From the IMG/VR virus record IMGVR_UViG_3300012665_001805: a stretch of 61,471 nucleotides of DNA. One strand, written 5' to 3'. The number at the start of each line of letters is the position of its first letter. The first letter of the stretch is position 1. The position numbers and the translations under genes were made by a program. The notes under the pieces are model-generated. The model saw nothing but the letters and a program-made list of their open reading frames with translations, was not told where the DNA came from and did no database searches. Shown one piece after another: positions 8,832 to 17,928 of this stretch. Source of the stretch: a virus (taxonomy: Duplodnaviria > Heunggongvirae > Uroviricota > Caudoviricetes).

Positions 8832-10082
8832 TTATTTTATATTGGCATAATTAGTGCCTGTTTTTACTTTAAATTGTAGATTTTTACCATTTATTACTTT
8901 TGCTATTTCCTTTAGCACATCCTTTTCGTTCTTATCTACATCAAACAAAAATGAATCGTACACATATAATACGAGTTTAGTATTTTTCCCTCGTAATATT
9001 TTAAATATTTCATATAGTATACAAACATTATTTGCTGTCTCCAAGTTTTGTAACACGTAATTCAAAAGTTTTTGTGGGTTCATGTTTTCCAGTTCTTTTT
9101 GTTTGAACTCATACCCTGAAATAGGGCACTTGATTGATCCCCCATATTGGAATTCATCCCATAAACCATCCGTATATGCTATTACTTTTCTAAAGAATGG
9201 TAGGTTTTGATATTCTTTCCAAACACCTCCATATATTTGTTTGAATGTTATTTCTTTTGCTTTGGCGTAATCCACTCCATACATTTGAGCAAAACTACCA
9301 TGGATGTCGTCGCTATCGAAAGTGTAATCCAATAGATTAGCAAGAAGGGTAGGATGGTAAGCACTAATATCCATTTCAACAAAGATATCATTGCGCGGTA
9401 TAAAACACTCTCTTTCTCCATTATTTTTATCTAAAGCTGAAAAATTAATTCCTCCAAAGGCATTTGAAGGTCTTGTAGTTAATGTATTTAAATTATATTG
9501 CGTGTAAATAAACTCGTTTACTTCTTTGTCGAAGTACTGCTCGAATTGGGTTTGGTCCACTTTTATACCCGCTCGTTCTAGTTGATTAAACACCAATGCC
9601 GACTTGTTATAGAATGGATTTACCTTTGAACTATCAAAATTAGCATAGTTTTGTTCACATACCTCATAGTGTTTTACGATCGGTACAATTGTGTTTAAAT
9701 TTTGTATTTCCGGATACCTACTGTATAACTGCGTGTGAGCTTGTGTTAATTGAGGTATATACGTATGGGGGGAGGGTGATGGTTGGTAACAGTGCTTTAT
9801 AGGGAAATAATGTAAAAATTCTTTTTTATCCCTTACATAAATTTTTTCAATACTATTTAATACCTTTTCTACTTCCTCTAATTCAAAGTTTATTGTTTCA
9901 CTATGGTTTATCGGAATAATATATCCTTTTGGATCATTTTTTGGTTTAAGATATATAACACACACACTATTTTCAATAGGGTGAAGATTGTGTGAGCAAG
10001 GAATTACATCAACGTAAGCGGACTCGTACTTAATACGACAAATTGTTTCTATATGATTAATATCTTCTATAAGCCAATACAT
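8832..10082 (-). CDS. polA: Compact family A DNA polymerase
   Basis: TTRPSN (TGRLSS equivalent), RECFIP, motif A MDISAYHP, motif B KAKEITFKQIYG, NYVLQNLET, motif C YVYDSFLFD; only 416 aa. Confidence 0.8.
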   Translation of the reverse strand: MYWLIEDINHIETICRIKYESAYVDVIPCSHNLHPIENSVCVIYLKPKNDPKGYIIPINHSETINFELEEVEKVLNSIEKIYVRDKKEFLHYFPIKHCYQPSPSPHTYIPQLTQAHTQLYSRYPEIQNLNTIVPIVKHYEVCEQNYANFDSSKVNPFYNKSALVFNQLERAGIKVDQTQFEQYFDKEVNEFIYTQYNLNTLTTRPSNAFGGINFSALDKNNGERECFIPRNDIFVEMDISAYHPTLLANLLDYTFDSDDIHGSFAQMYGVDYAKAKEITFKQIYGGVWKEYQNLPFFRKVIAYTDGLWDEFQYGGSIKCPISGYEFKQKELENMNPQKLLNYVLQNLETANNVCILYEIFKILRGKNTKLVLYVYDSFLFDVDKNEKDVLKEIAKVINGKNLQFKVKTGTNYANIK

Positions 10083-10086
10083 GCTT

Positions 10087-10094
10087 TAAAGATA
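10087..10094 (-). promoter_or_regulatory. Possible Bacteroidota sigma70-type -7 box upstream of the polymerase gene
   Basis: Minus strand TTTGTTTG-TATCTTTA-AAGC-ATG resembles TAnnTTTG, 4 nt before the start codon. Confidence 0.3.
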
Positions 10095-10108
10095 CAAACA
10101 AATTTTTA

Positions 10109-10738
10109 CTAATCCACGTAATATTTTAAATAATCTTCCTTAAAGTATTGAGAAAAACCGTACCATTTATTTTTAGTTTCAGCTACATTAACTAATCCTT
10201 TATTAGCTTTATATGCTTGTTCTTTTCCACCCTTAATATACCATAAAATTGATATAGTAGAATATAAATCCCATGCTACATCTGGGGAGTTTGATAGGAG
10301 TAGGGAGCTTGTTTTTTCATCTATTTCAAAGTATTTTAGTTCATTATTCTTTTTGCAGAAATAACGGGAAAATACTCCTAAGTCAATATCTTTTTGAGTT
10401 GGAAGTGTTGGATTTGAGATTGGTAATATTCTAGGTTTTTGGGGTTTATTACTAATATTATATTGAGATGCTAAATTGTTATCTTCAGTATTAGGAAATA
10501 TATATTCTATATATTGAACAGAATCACCAAGTCCAGATATAATACCTTCTGTGATATCTTGTGTGGGGGGAATTAATAAAATATTAGAACCATCTTGTGG
10601 GGTATTTCCAGTATATTTTCTACCATTAGATAATTCATAATATGGTCCTTTATAGTTTTCTTTCGTTGTTGAAAGAACATATTCACCCCCATTAGTAAAT
10701 AGGTTTGGTTTTATTTGGGAAAGTGGATAATATGACAT
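10109..10738 (-). CDS. Hypothetical protein, probably baseplate-associated
   Basis: 209-aa ORF directly downstream of the hub paralogs (1-nt gap). Confidence 0.55.
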   Translation of the reverse strand: MSYYPLSQIKPNLFTNGGEYVLSTTKENYKGPYYELSNGRKYTGNTPQDGSNILLIPPTQDITEGIISGLGDSVQYIEYIFPNTEDNNLASQYNISNKPQKPRILPISNPTLPTQKDIDLGVFSRYFCKKNNELKYFEIDEKTSSLLLSNSPDVAWDLYSTISILWYIKGGKEQAYKANKGLVNVAETKNKWYGFSQYFKEDYLKYYVD

Positions 10739-10739
10739 T

Positions 10740-13700
10740 TTAGAAATTTGAATTTATTGTTACTTTATTTGCTAATTTATTTTTAGGTAATTCAAATATA
10801 ACTTCTACACCCAATGTATTATTAGTTGTTGCGTATAATAATTTATACCAAGCTGAATTGAATGCTTCTTTGTCTTCAGCGTTTAAGTTTTTGTATTGGG
10901 ATTGAGGACCATCGGTTTCAAACCATTCTTTAAGTCTTTTTATTGCACCTTCTTCATCATCCCCACCAAGAGCTTCAACTCCTTTATAATTTGTAAATAA
11001 AGGTTTTTCAGTATTTGAATAATTATCTTTTAATTGATAAATTTGAGAAAGATACCATATTAAATTATTAAACGCTTTAGCCGAATCTTCTGGTGTTGTG
11101 ACTGAAACATTAGATGATGCTGGTAGTTCTTTGTATTCATCTTTGATTCTAAACCAGTATACCATATATGGAGTTTCTGGTCTATTTCGATATACCATAG
11201 TTGAGCCATAATTATCTTTAACTGAAGTAGACCATCCTTTACCATTGTATTGGTTTCCAGTGTATATTTGGGCATGGAATCTATATTTTCCAGATGCATT
11301 TCCACGAGGGGCAGGTGTTGCATAATAAATTACTACATCACCATAATTAGCTTGGGTTGTAATGTAATCTACTTTATCGGCTGCTGATTTTACAGGAACA
11401 TTCGTTGCAACTGGTTGTAATGATTCAGGGGTATAAATTCCTAATTCATTAAGATGATTTCTTAATACTTCAGAATGGGCATCATTTCCACCTTTATTAG
11501 TGCCAGGGAATGAGGATTTTTTAGTAAGTTTTCTTGCTAATTCTTCAGCTATAATATAAGTATACCCTCCACATTTGCCTAATGCTTCTCCTTTACTTTT
11601 AAATATTGCAATAGCTGCTTCTTTAGCTGCTTTTTCTAATTTAGAATTAGTTTCTGATTTAGCTGGTGTTGGTAATGGGCTTTGTTCTCCTGTAGTACCA
11701 TCATATGATAAAGTTTCAGAGTCTGCTGTTTTTACAATTTGTGGAGGAAGAGTTGAGTCTTCTTGTTTAATTTTGCTTGATGCTTTTATAATTTTTTTAA
11801 CTCTGGTTTTTAATTCGGTGTAAGGTACAATTTTTTTACCATTTTCCTCGTCTTGAGCAATTACTACAGTCTCAATACTGGTTTCCCAATCATGTCCCGA
11901 AAGTTTATGATTAACTCCTTTGATAATAAATTTAAGAGAGTTTGGGTAGTTTTTAGGAAGGAAATTTGTATTAACATTTATTGAATTATATATCTTAATT
12001 CCAGACATTCCATCAAATGTTAAAGATAAACTAATTGGGATAAATCCAATAGTAGGGGACGCATAATTAGGAACGTCTTTTTGAATTTGTGTGTGGCAAT
12101 ATTTATAAAATTCAGTAACTGTAGATATATTTCTATCTATAATTTCTCCATTAATAGCACATGAATCAGGGTTTGAGACATCATCAGGAATATCTTGGGG
12201 TGCAGTTAATCCAAAGGCAGCAAAACGTTTATTCCAAAATTCTTGAACATACAATACTGAAGGGTCATTGTCAGTTTTATTAGAAGCTACTGTGGTTGCA
12301 GGAACAAATTCTTCTTTGAAAATATCAATTAATCCTTTATTCCATTTAGAAAACATTGTATTTTCTGTTCCTTTAACATAACCTCCTGCTGTTGAACCAA
12401 CAGATGCCATTGTAGCAAAATCATTGGTTATTTCAGTTTTTATATTAAAATTACGAACAAAGTTAGATTGGTTATTTCTAGAAGGATCATAACCATATAA
12501 TTCAAAAATATAATCAGTTGCTGGTTTACCTTCAGAATAACTAGCGTCTATAATTTTTATTGTATTTGTGTCTTCATCGACTATGGGTTCTAGGTTATTT
12601 ACACCCCCTAAAACTCGGTTTAATTCAGTACATATAGCTTGTAAAACTTCAAATATTGGAACATTTCCATCTTCATCTTGTTTTTCCCCAAGAATTCGAT
12701 TTACCATATTACAATTAAGATAAATATTCATTATTCTTGAATATCCATCTTTCTCATTTTTCCAATCAGGTAATGATAAATGATATTTTTTTGAATTAAT
12801 TGGTTCTTTATCATTTTTTACAATACAAACTCTAGGATCTAAAGACACATGATATGGGAAAGTATACATTCTATTACCTTCAACATTTGTATCTATAGTA
12901 ATAATAGGAGTATTAGCATTTTTAATTTTAAAAATTACTTTAGCGTTAATAAAATCAAGTAAATGTTTGAATCGTACATAAAAACCTTCATCATGGAGTA
13001 TGTCTTCATCACCCTCTAAATTATTGTAACTAAAATATACAAAATCATTTTTTTTCTGAGGAGTATCAAATCTTAATTTAAAAGTTTGGTTATAGAATAT
13101 AGTTCCACTTCCATCAGAATGATATATTGTATTAGAAATTTCTCCATCATCTTCTTGAAGATTGGAGATTATTTTTGATCTTTGATCTTCGTTAGCAAAT
13201 GCTATTTTTTGATTATACTTTGTTATTTGTATTGGGGCCTCTTTTGATGGAGCTGCTATGTATTTTGTTCTAACAGGTAAAAGTGTTCCATCACCAGTTC
13301 CAAATTTACTAGGACAATCATTAGTTTCCCAGTAACCTGAATTTTTTGAATCTATTAGGTATAATTTTTGAATAAAGAAATATGCCGAGATAAAATTACT
13401 TACAGGGCCTGGGGGTGTTTTACCTGAGGTAGATCCTTCAGCTTCTGGGTCTTCTGTAGTATCATCAAATATTTTATATGCTTCATTGATGAATTGAGAG
13501 ACATTTGAAGGTGGAGTTACATTACAGGATAAAGATTCAACAACATCTCCTAAACTAATAAGATTTATTTGAATATCATATGTTCCGTCTTGAGAAAATG
13601 TCCAACTAAAATTGGTTACTTTACAAAGTAAACCATCATAGTTTCCATCTTTTGCTGCTCTATATTGTTCTATTTGAGGTAAGAAACCCTGGTATGAAGA

Positions 13701-14312
13701 TTTTTTCCATTTATCATTAAAAAATCCTTCTTCATTTTCTATTAATGTGCTATAATCTGATTTGTAGCTTCCTTTATTATCAATGTATGAAGACCATCCC
13801 CATTCAAGAAACATAGTGTATCCTATTCGTAAATACAAAACATCTAATATTCTAAATTGCTCAGAGCTATAACATTTAATATTTACTGTTGCTTTTTTGA
13901 TTGAACCCCTATTTTCACATTTTATCTCAGTATCGGTAATCCCGGGCATGGGAACCATACCAAATTCACTGGAGTTATTTCCTGATAGGTTAACATCATA
14001 TACACCAGTTCCACGTCCGTATACCTTTGTTCTTGGGTTTAATTTTTTATCTTTAAGATTAGATAAACCACTAAATAAGACATATTGTTTTGCTAACGTA
14101 GCCCAACTACTTGCTTTAATACCTGATTCAGAAGGAAATTTATTTCCAATTCTAATACCAGAGGCCATTTTTACCCAAGCTGTTTTTGAATTCAAATAAG
14201 ATAATTGCTCAGGAGTACGATTTTCGTTTACTCCTGACCCATGGGCTTTTTGTCTTTGGTTAATTTGACCTCGTACGTATTTTCTAAATGGTTCTCCTAT
14301 TATGTTAGGCAT
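10740..14312 (-). CDS. Baseplate hub/tail-tip protein paralog B with C-terminal CHAP/NlpC-P60-like peptidase
   Basis: About 820 N-terminal aa paralogous to 14348..17587, ending in a gp27/gpD-like barrel (LTFDGMSGIKIYN...KGVNHKLSGHDWETSI); tip has GKCGGY (Cys), YGDVVIY and FHAQIYTG (His). Confidence 0.7.
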   Translation of the reverse strand: MPNIIGEPFRKYVRGQINQRQKAHGSGVNENRTPEQLSYLNSKTAWVKMASGIRIGNKFPSESGIKASSWATLAKQYVLFSGLSNLKDKKLNPRTKVYGRGTGVYDVNLSGNNSSEFGMVPMPGITDTEIKCENRGSIKKATVNIKCYSSEQFRILDVLYLRIGYTMFLEWGWSSYIDNKGSYKSDYSTLIENEEGFFNDKWKKSSYQGFLPQIEQYRAAKDGNYDGLLCKVTNFSWTFSQDGTYDIQINLISLGDVVESLSCNVTPPSNVSQFINEAYKIFDDTTEDPEAEGSTSGKTPPGPVSNFISAYFFIQKLYLIDSKNSGYWETNDCPSKFGTGDGTLLPVRTKYIAAPSKEAPIQITKYNQKIAFANEDQRSKIISNLQEDDGEISNTIYHSDGSGTIFYNQTFKLRFDTPQKKNDFVYFSYNNLEGDEDILHDEGFYVRFKHLLDFINAKVIFKIKNANTPIITIDTNVEGNRMYTFPYHVSLDPRVCIVKNDKEPINSKKYHLSLPDWKNEKDGYSRIMNIYLNCNMVNRILGEKQDEDGNVPIFEVLQAICTELNRVLGGVNNLEPIVDEDTNTIKIIDASYSEGKPATDYIFELYGYDPSRNNQSNFVRNFNIKTEITNDFATMASVGSTAGGYVKGTENTMFSKWNKGLIDIFKEEFVPATTVASNKTDNDPSVLYVQEFWNKRFAAFGLTAPQDIPDDVSNPDSCAINGEIIDRNISTVTEFYKYCHTQIQKDVPNYASPTIGFIPISLSLTFDGMSGIKIYNSINVNTNFLPKNYPNSLKFIIKGVNHKLSGHDWETSIETVVIAQDEENGKKIVPYTELKTRVKKIIKASSKIKQEDSTLPPQIVKTADSETLSYDGTTGEQSPLPTPAKSETNSKLEKAAKEAAIAIFKSKGEALGKCGGYTYIIAEELARKLTKKSSFPGTNKGGNDAHSEVLRNHLNELGIYTPESLQPVATNVPVKSAADKVDYITTQANYGDVVIYYATPAPRGNASGKYRFHAQIYTGNQYNGKGWSTSVKDNYGSTMVYRNRPETPYMVYWFRIKDEYKELPASSNVSVTTPEDSAKAFNNLIWYLSQIYQLKDNYSNTEKPLFTNYKGVEALGGDDEEGAIKRLKEWFETDGPQSQYKNLNAEDKEAFNSAWYKLLYATTNNTLGVEVIFELPKNKLANKVTINSNF

Positions 14313-14333
14313 AACTTATATGAATTAATTTAT

Positions 14334-14341
14334 TATAAATA
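14334..14341 (-). promoter_or_regulatory. Putative late promoter motif (coding strand TATTTATA)
   Basis: Exact copy of the recurring intergenic motif, upstream of hub paralog B. Confidence 0.6.
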
Positions 14342-14347
14342 TAACTA

Positions 14348-17300
14348 TTAAAATTGGTCTTTATATTTATTCCACCAATCTTGTCCTGGGGGTTGGGCAA
14401 TTGAATTTTTCTTGTAATTATATGCCCAACCATATACGTTATTTCCCCCACCAGTACTTCTCATTACAAAACTTCCACGACTGCCATCTTTAGAATATTT
14501 ACCAGCAGATGTAGATTGGTTACGTTTTTCAACACTCCCTTGGGTAATACTTAAAAAGTCTGTTCTACCTTGAATAAAGGATTTTGCTTGATTCTGATAT
14601 GCTGGGTCTCTTATGGTATCATATACCTCTTTAAGAGCTGCTATAGCTTTTTCATTAGTTTCATAACCAGGTTTTGTGGATTTTACAGCAGCGATAGCTG
14701 TAGCTTTACTGCTAATATTTTTCCATACTGTAGATGTTACTTGAGTTCCTTTAGCAAACGCTGGTTCGTACTGCCCATTAGATTTTACTACGGCTGCTAT
14801 TGAAGTTGAATATGCTCCTGATCCTACTCGATTGTAGATGGATTGGGCTACATCAGCGCGTCCTTGAGGATCTCCATCTTCAAAAATACAAATAGTTAAT
14901 AAAGACCAGAAATCAGCATCACCTCCTAACACAGCGTTACCTGTAGTAGCAGTTGGGGATGGACCATATGTTGAATTATCAAATTGGGTATCTCTTGGTG
15001 GTGTAACAATATCTGGTGGTAAATCTGGGTTTTCTGCGGCTATTTTAACTTGGGCAGTTTTAATAATTTTTTTAACTTCACTTTTTATTTGTTTATAACT
15101 AAGAAAAGGTTTACCATCTTTATCTGTATTTTGAGCAATTACTACTGTATCAATACTGGTTTCCCAATCATGTCCTGAAAGTTTATGATTAACTCCTTTT
15201 ACTATAAAGTTAAGTGATTCGGGGTATCGTTTAGGTAAAAATGAAGTATTGACATTTACAGCATTGTATATTTTAATTCCTGACATTCCATCAAATGTTA
15301 GGGATAAACTTATAGGGATAAAACCTGCTGTAGGAGATGCATATCTAGACTCTATTAATTGGATTCTTGATTGGCAATATTTATAAAATTCAGAAACAGT
15401 TTTAACATTTTTATCTATGATTTCTCCGCTAATGGCACAAGCATCAGGAGTTCCTACATCACTTGGGATATCTTGGGGTGCGGTAAGACCAAATGAAGCA
15501 AAACGTTTATTCCAAAATTCTTGAACATATAGATTTGATGGGTCTTTTTCATCTTTAGTAGTTGCAGATCCAACGGCCGGTAAAAATTCTTCTTTGAATA
15601 TATCAATTAACCCTTTATTCCATTTAGAAAACATTGTGTTTTCAACTCCTTTAACGTATCCACCAGCGGTTGAACCAACAGATGCCATAGTGGCAAAATC
15701 ATTAGTTATCTCAGTTTTAATAGCAAAATTACGGACGAAATTTGATTGGGTTTGGGATTTATTATATCCAAAAAGTTCAAATGTGTATGTTTTCTTTGCT
15801 GGAGGGGCATAACTAGCGTCTAGGATAGATAAAGTATTGGTATCTTCATCAAGAACAGGCTCTAAATTATTGACACCACCTAAAGCAGTATTTAATTCAT
15901 TACATATTGTTTGAAGTACCTCAAATAATGAAATATTACCTTCGTCATCTTGTTTTTCGTTCAAAATACGACTTACCATATTACAATTAAGGTAAATATT
16001 CATTGTATATCCAAACCCAGAAGCTGATTTCCAATGTGGTAATTTAGTGTGATATTCTTTGGTATTGATTGGTTCAGTATCATTTCTAACAATACACACT
16101 CTAGGATCTAATGATACTTGATAAGGAAATATATACATTTTATTATCCTTAGTATTGTTGTTTATCTGAATTATAGGTGTGTCTGTACTTTTTAATTTAA
16201 AGAGTAATTGGGTTCTGATAAAGTCTAGTAAATGTCCAAATCTAATATAGAATCCATCTTCATTTAATAAATCCTCATCATCTTCTAAAGTATTATAACT
16301 AAAGTAAACAAAATCATGTTTTCCTTGGTTACTATCAAAATTTAATGTAAATTTCTTTGAATGGGCTAATATGCCACTCCCATCACTATTTTGAACACTT
16401 CCCTCAGCAAATATAAATCCTCCTTCTTCAGAAATGTTTTGAATTAGTTCAGATTTTTGTTCTAAAGTTGAGTAAGATGTTCTTTCATTTGTTGAGAATG
16501 CTGTTAATTCAGCCTCTTTAGAGGGTTTTTTAATGAATTTTGTTCTAACTGGGATTGGTGTTTTTTTGGAGGAGAATGTACTTATACAATCATTCGCTTT
16601 CCAATATTCATTATTTGCTTCATTAATTAAGTATAACTTTTGAATAAAGAAATAAGCTGATAGCCAATTTCCTACAGGCCCAGGTGGTACTTTACCAGAA
16701 GATGATCCTTCGGCTGATGGGTCTTCTGCTTCATCGTTATAAATTTTATATGCGGCGTTTATAAAATCAGATATTTTGGATGGGGGAGTAGTATTTAATG
16801 TTAATGATTCAACAACATCTCCTAAACTAATTAAATTTAATTGGATGTTATAAGAACCATCTTGATTAAAATCCCATGAAAAATTAGTTACTTTACAAAG
16901 CAATCCATCATAATTTCCACTTTTATCAGCTCTATATTGTTCTATTTGAGGTAAAAAACCTTGATAAGAAGATTTTTTCCATTTATCATTAAAAAATCCT
17001 TCTTTTGATTCTATTAAAGTAGAGTAATCTGATATTAAGTTACCATTGTTGTCAAGAAATGGAGACCAACCCCATTCAAGAAACATAGTATATCCTATTC
17101 TTAAATAAAGTACATCAAGAATTCTAAATTGTTCTGCACTATAACATTTAAAGTTTATAGTAGCTTTTTTGATAGAACCTCGGTTTACACATTTTATTTC
17201 GGCATCTGTTATTCCAGGCATTGGTACTAAACCAAATTCACTTGAATTGTTACCTGCTAAGTTAACATCATATATTCCAGTTCCGTTCCCATATACTTTT

Positions 17301-17587
17301 GTTCTTGGATTTAATTTACCATCCTTAAGTTGGGACATTCCACTAAATAAAACATATTGTTTTGCTAATGTAGCCCAGCTACTTGCTTTAATACCCGTTT
17401 CGGATGGAAATTTACTTCCTATTTTTATACCTGAGGCTAATTTTACCCAGGCTGTTTTGGAATTTAAATAAGATAATTGTTCAGGAGTTCTGCTAGTTCC
17501 TAAAGTACCTGACCCATGAGCTTTTTGTCTCTGAGTAATCTGATTAGATACGTATGGTCTAAAAGGTTCTCCTATTATATTAGGCAT
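14348..17587 (-). CDS. Baseplate hub/tail-tip protein paralog A with C-terminal SleB-like (Hydrolase_2) cell wall hydrolase
   Basis: Same N-terminal body as paralog B; tip has ICIFEDGDPQGRADVAQSIYNRVGSGAYSTSIAAVVKSNGQYEP, matching the SleB E...G..AVA..I.NRV...I..VV...QF pattern. Confidence 0.72.
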   Translation of the reverse strand: MPNIIGEPFRPYVSNQITQRQKAHGSGTLGTSRTPEQLSYLNSKTAWVKLASGIKIGSKFPSETGIKASSWATLAKQYVLFSGMSQLKDGKLNPRTKVYGNGTGIYDVNLAGNNSSEFGLVPMPGITDAEIKCVNRGSIKKATINFKCYSAEQFRILDVLYLRIGYTMFLEWGWSPFLDNNGNLISDYSTLIESKEGFFNDKWKKSSYQGFLPQIEQYRADKSGNYDGLLCKVTNFSWDFNQDGSYNIQLNLISLGDVVESLTLNTTPPSKISDFINAAYKIYNDEAEDPSAEGSSSGKVPPGPVGNWLSAYFFIQKLYLINEANNEYWKANDCISTFSSKKTPIPVRTKFIKKPSKEAELTAFSTNERTSYSTLEQKSELIQNISEEGGFIFAEGSVQNSDGSGILAHSKKFTLNFDSNQGKHDFVYFSYNTLEDDEDLLNEDGFYIRFGHLLDFIRTQLLFKLKSTDTPIIQINNNTKDNKMYIFPYQVSLDPRVCIVRNDTEPINTKEYHTKLPHWKSASGFGYTMNIYLNCNMVSRILNEKQDDEGNISLFEVLQTICNELNTALGGVNNLEPVLDEDTNTLSILDASYAPPAKKTYTFELFGYNKSQTQSNFVRNFAIKTEITNDFATMASVGSTAGGYVKGVENTMFSKWNKGLIDIFKEEFLPAVGSATTKDEKDPSNLYVQEFWNKRFASFGLTAPQDIPSDVGTPDACAISGEIIDKNVKTVSEFYKYCQSRIQLIESRYASPTAGFIPISLSLTFDGMSGIKIYNAVNVNTSFLPKRYPESLNFIVKGVNHKLSGHDWETSIDTVVIAQNTDKDGKPFLSYKQIKSEVKKIIKTAQVKIAAENPDLPPDIVTPPRDTQFDNSTYGPSPTATTGNAVLGGDADFWSLLTICIFEDGDPQGRADVAQSIYNRVGSGAYSTSIAAVVKSNGQYEPAFAKGTQVTSTVWKNISSKATAIAAVKSTKPGYETNEKAIAALKEVYDTIRDPAYQNQAKSFIQGRTDFLSITQGSVEKRNQSTSAGKYSKDGSRGSFVMRSTGGGNNVYGWAYNYKKNSIAQPPGQDWWNKYKDQF

Positions 17588-17598
17588 AACATTTATTT

Positions 17599-17916
17599 TT
17601 AAACAACCGTATTCAAAGTTTCAAATTCTCCTAATATGGTTGAGATTCGTAATGGTGATGGTATTCTAATTTGTTCTCCTACATTTGGGTATAATGAATC
17701 AGGAATAGTGTTGTTAGCATTTGCTCTTGCTATAACCCACCATAGTGATGCATCCCCATAATAATTTAAAGCTAATAGATCATATCTATCACCTTTTGTA
17801 GTATACACATAGATATCATCATTTCCACGAACAATTGGAGGATACTTAACGTTTATGTATCTTCTTCTTGGGTCGTTAGGAGTTGTTACTATTTCTACTG
17901 ATGAGTATCTTGACAT
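17599..17916 (-). CDS. LysM-domain baseplate protein (gp53/Afp7-like)
   Basis: YTTKGDRYDLLALNYYGDASLWWVIARAN...GEQIRIP LysM/tail X pattern. Confidence 0.85.
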   Translation of the reverse strand: MSRYSSVEIVTTPNDPRRRYINVKYPPIVRGNDDIYVYTTKGDRYDLLALNYYGDASLWWVIARANANNTIPDSLYPNVGEQIRIPSPLRISTILGEFETLNTVV

Positions 17917-17928
17917 GGGTGATTCTTA

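Noticed and set aside
11060-11323. Nested minus-strand 87-aa ORF
   Set aside because: Alternative frame inside hub paralog B with no start context or motif.
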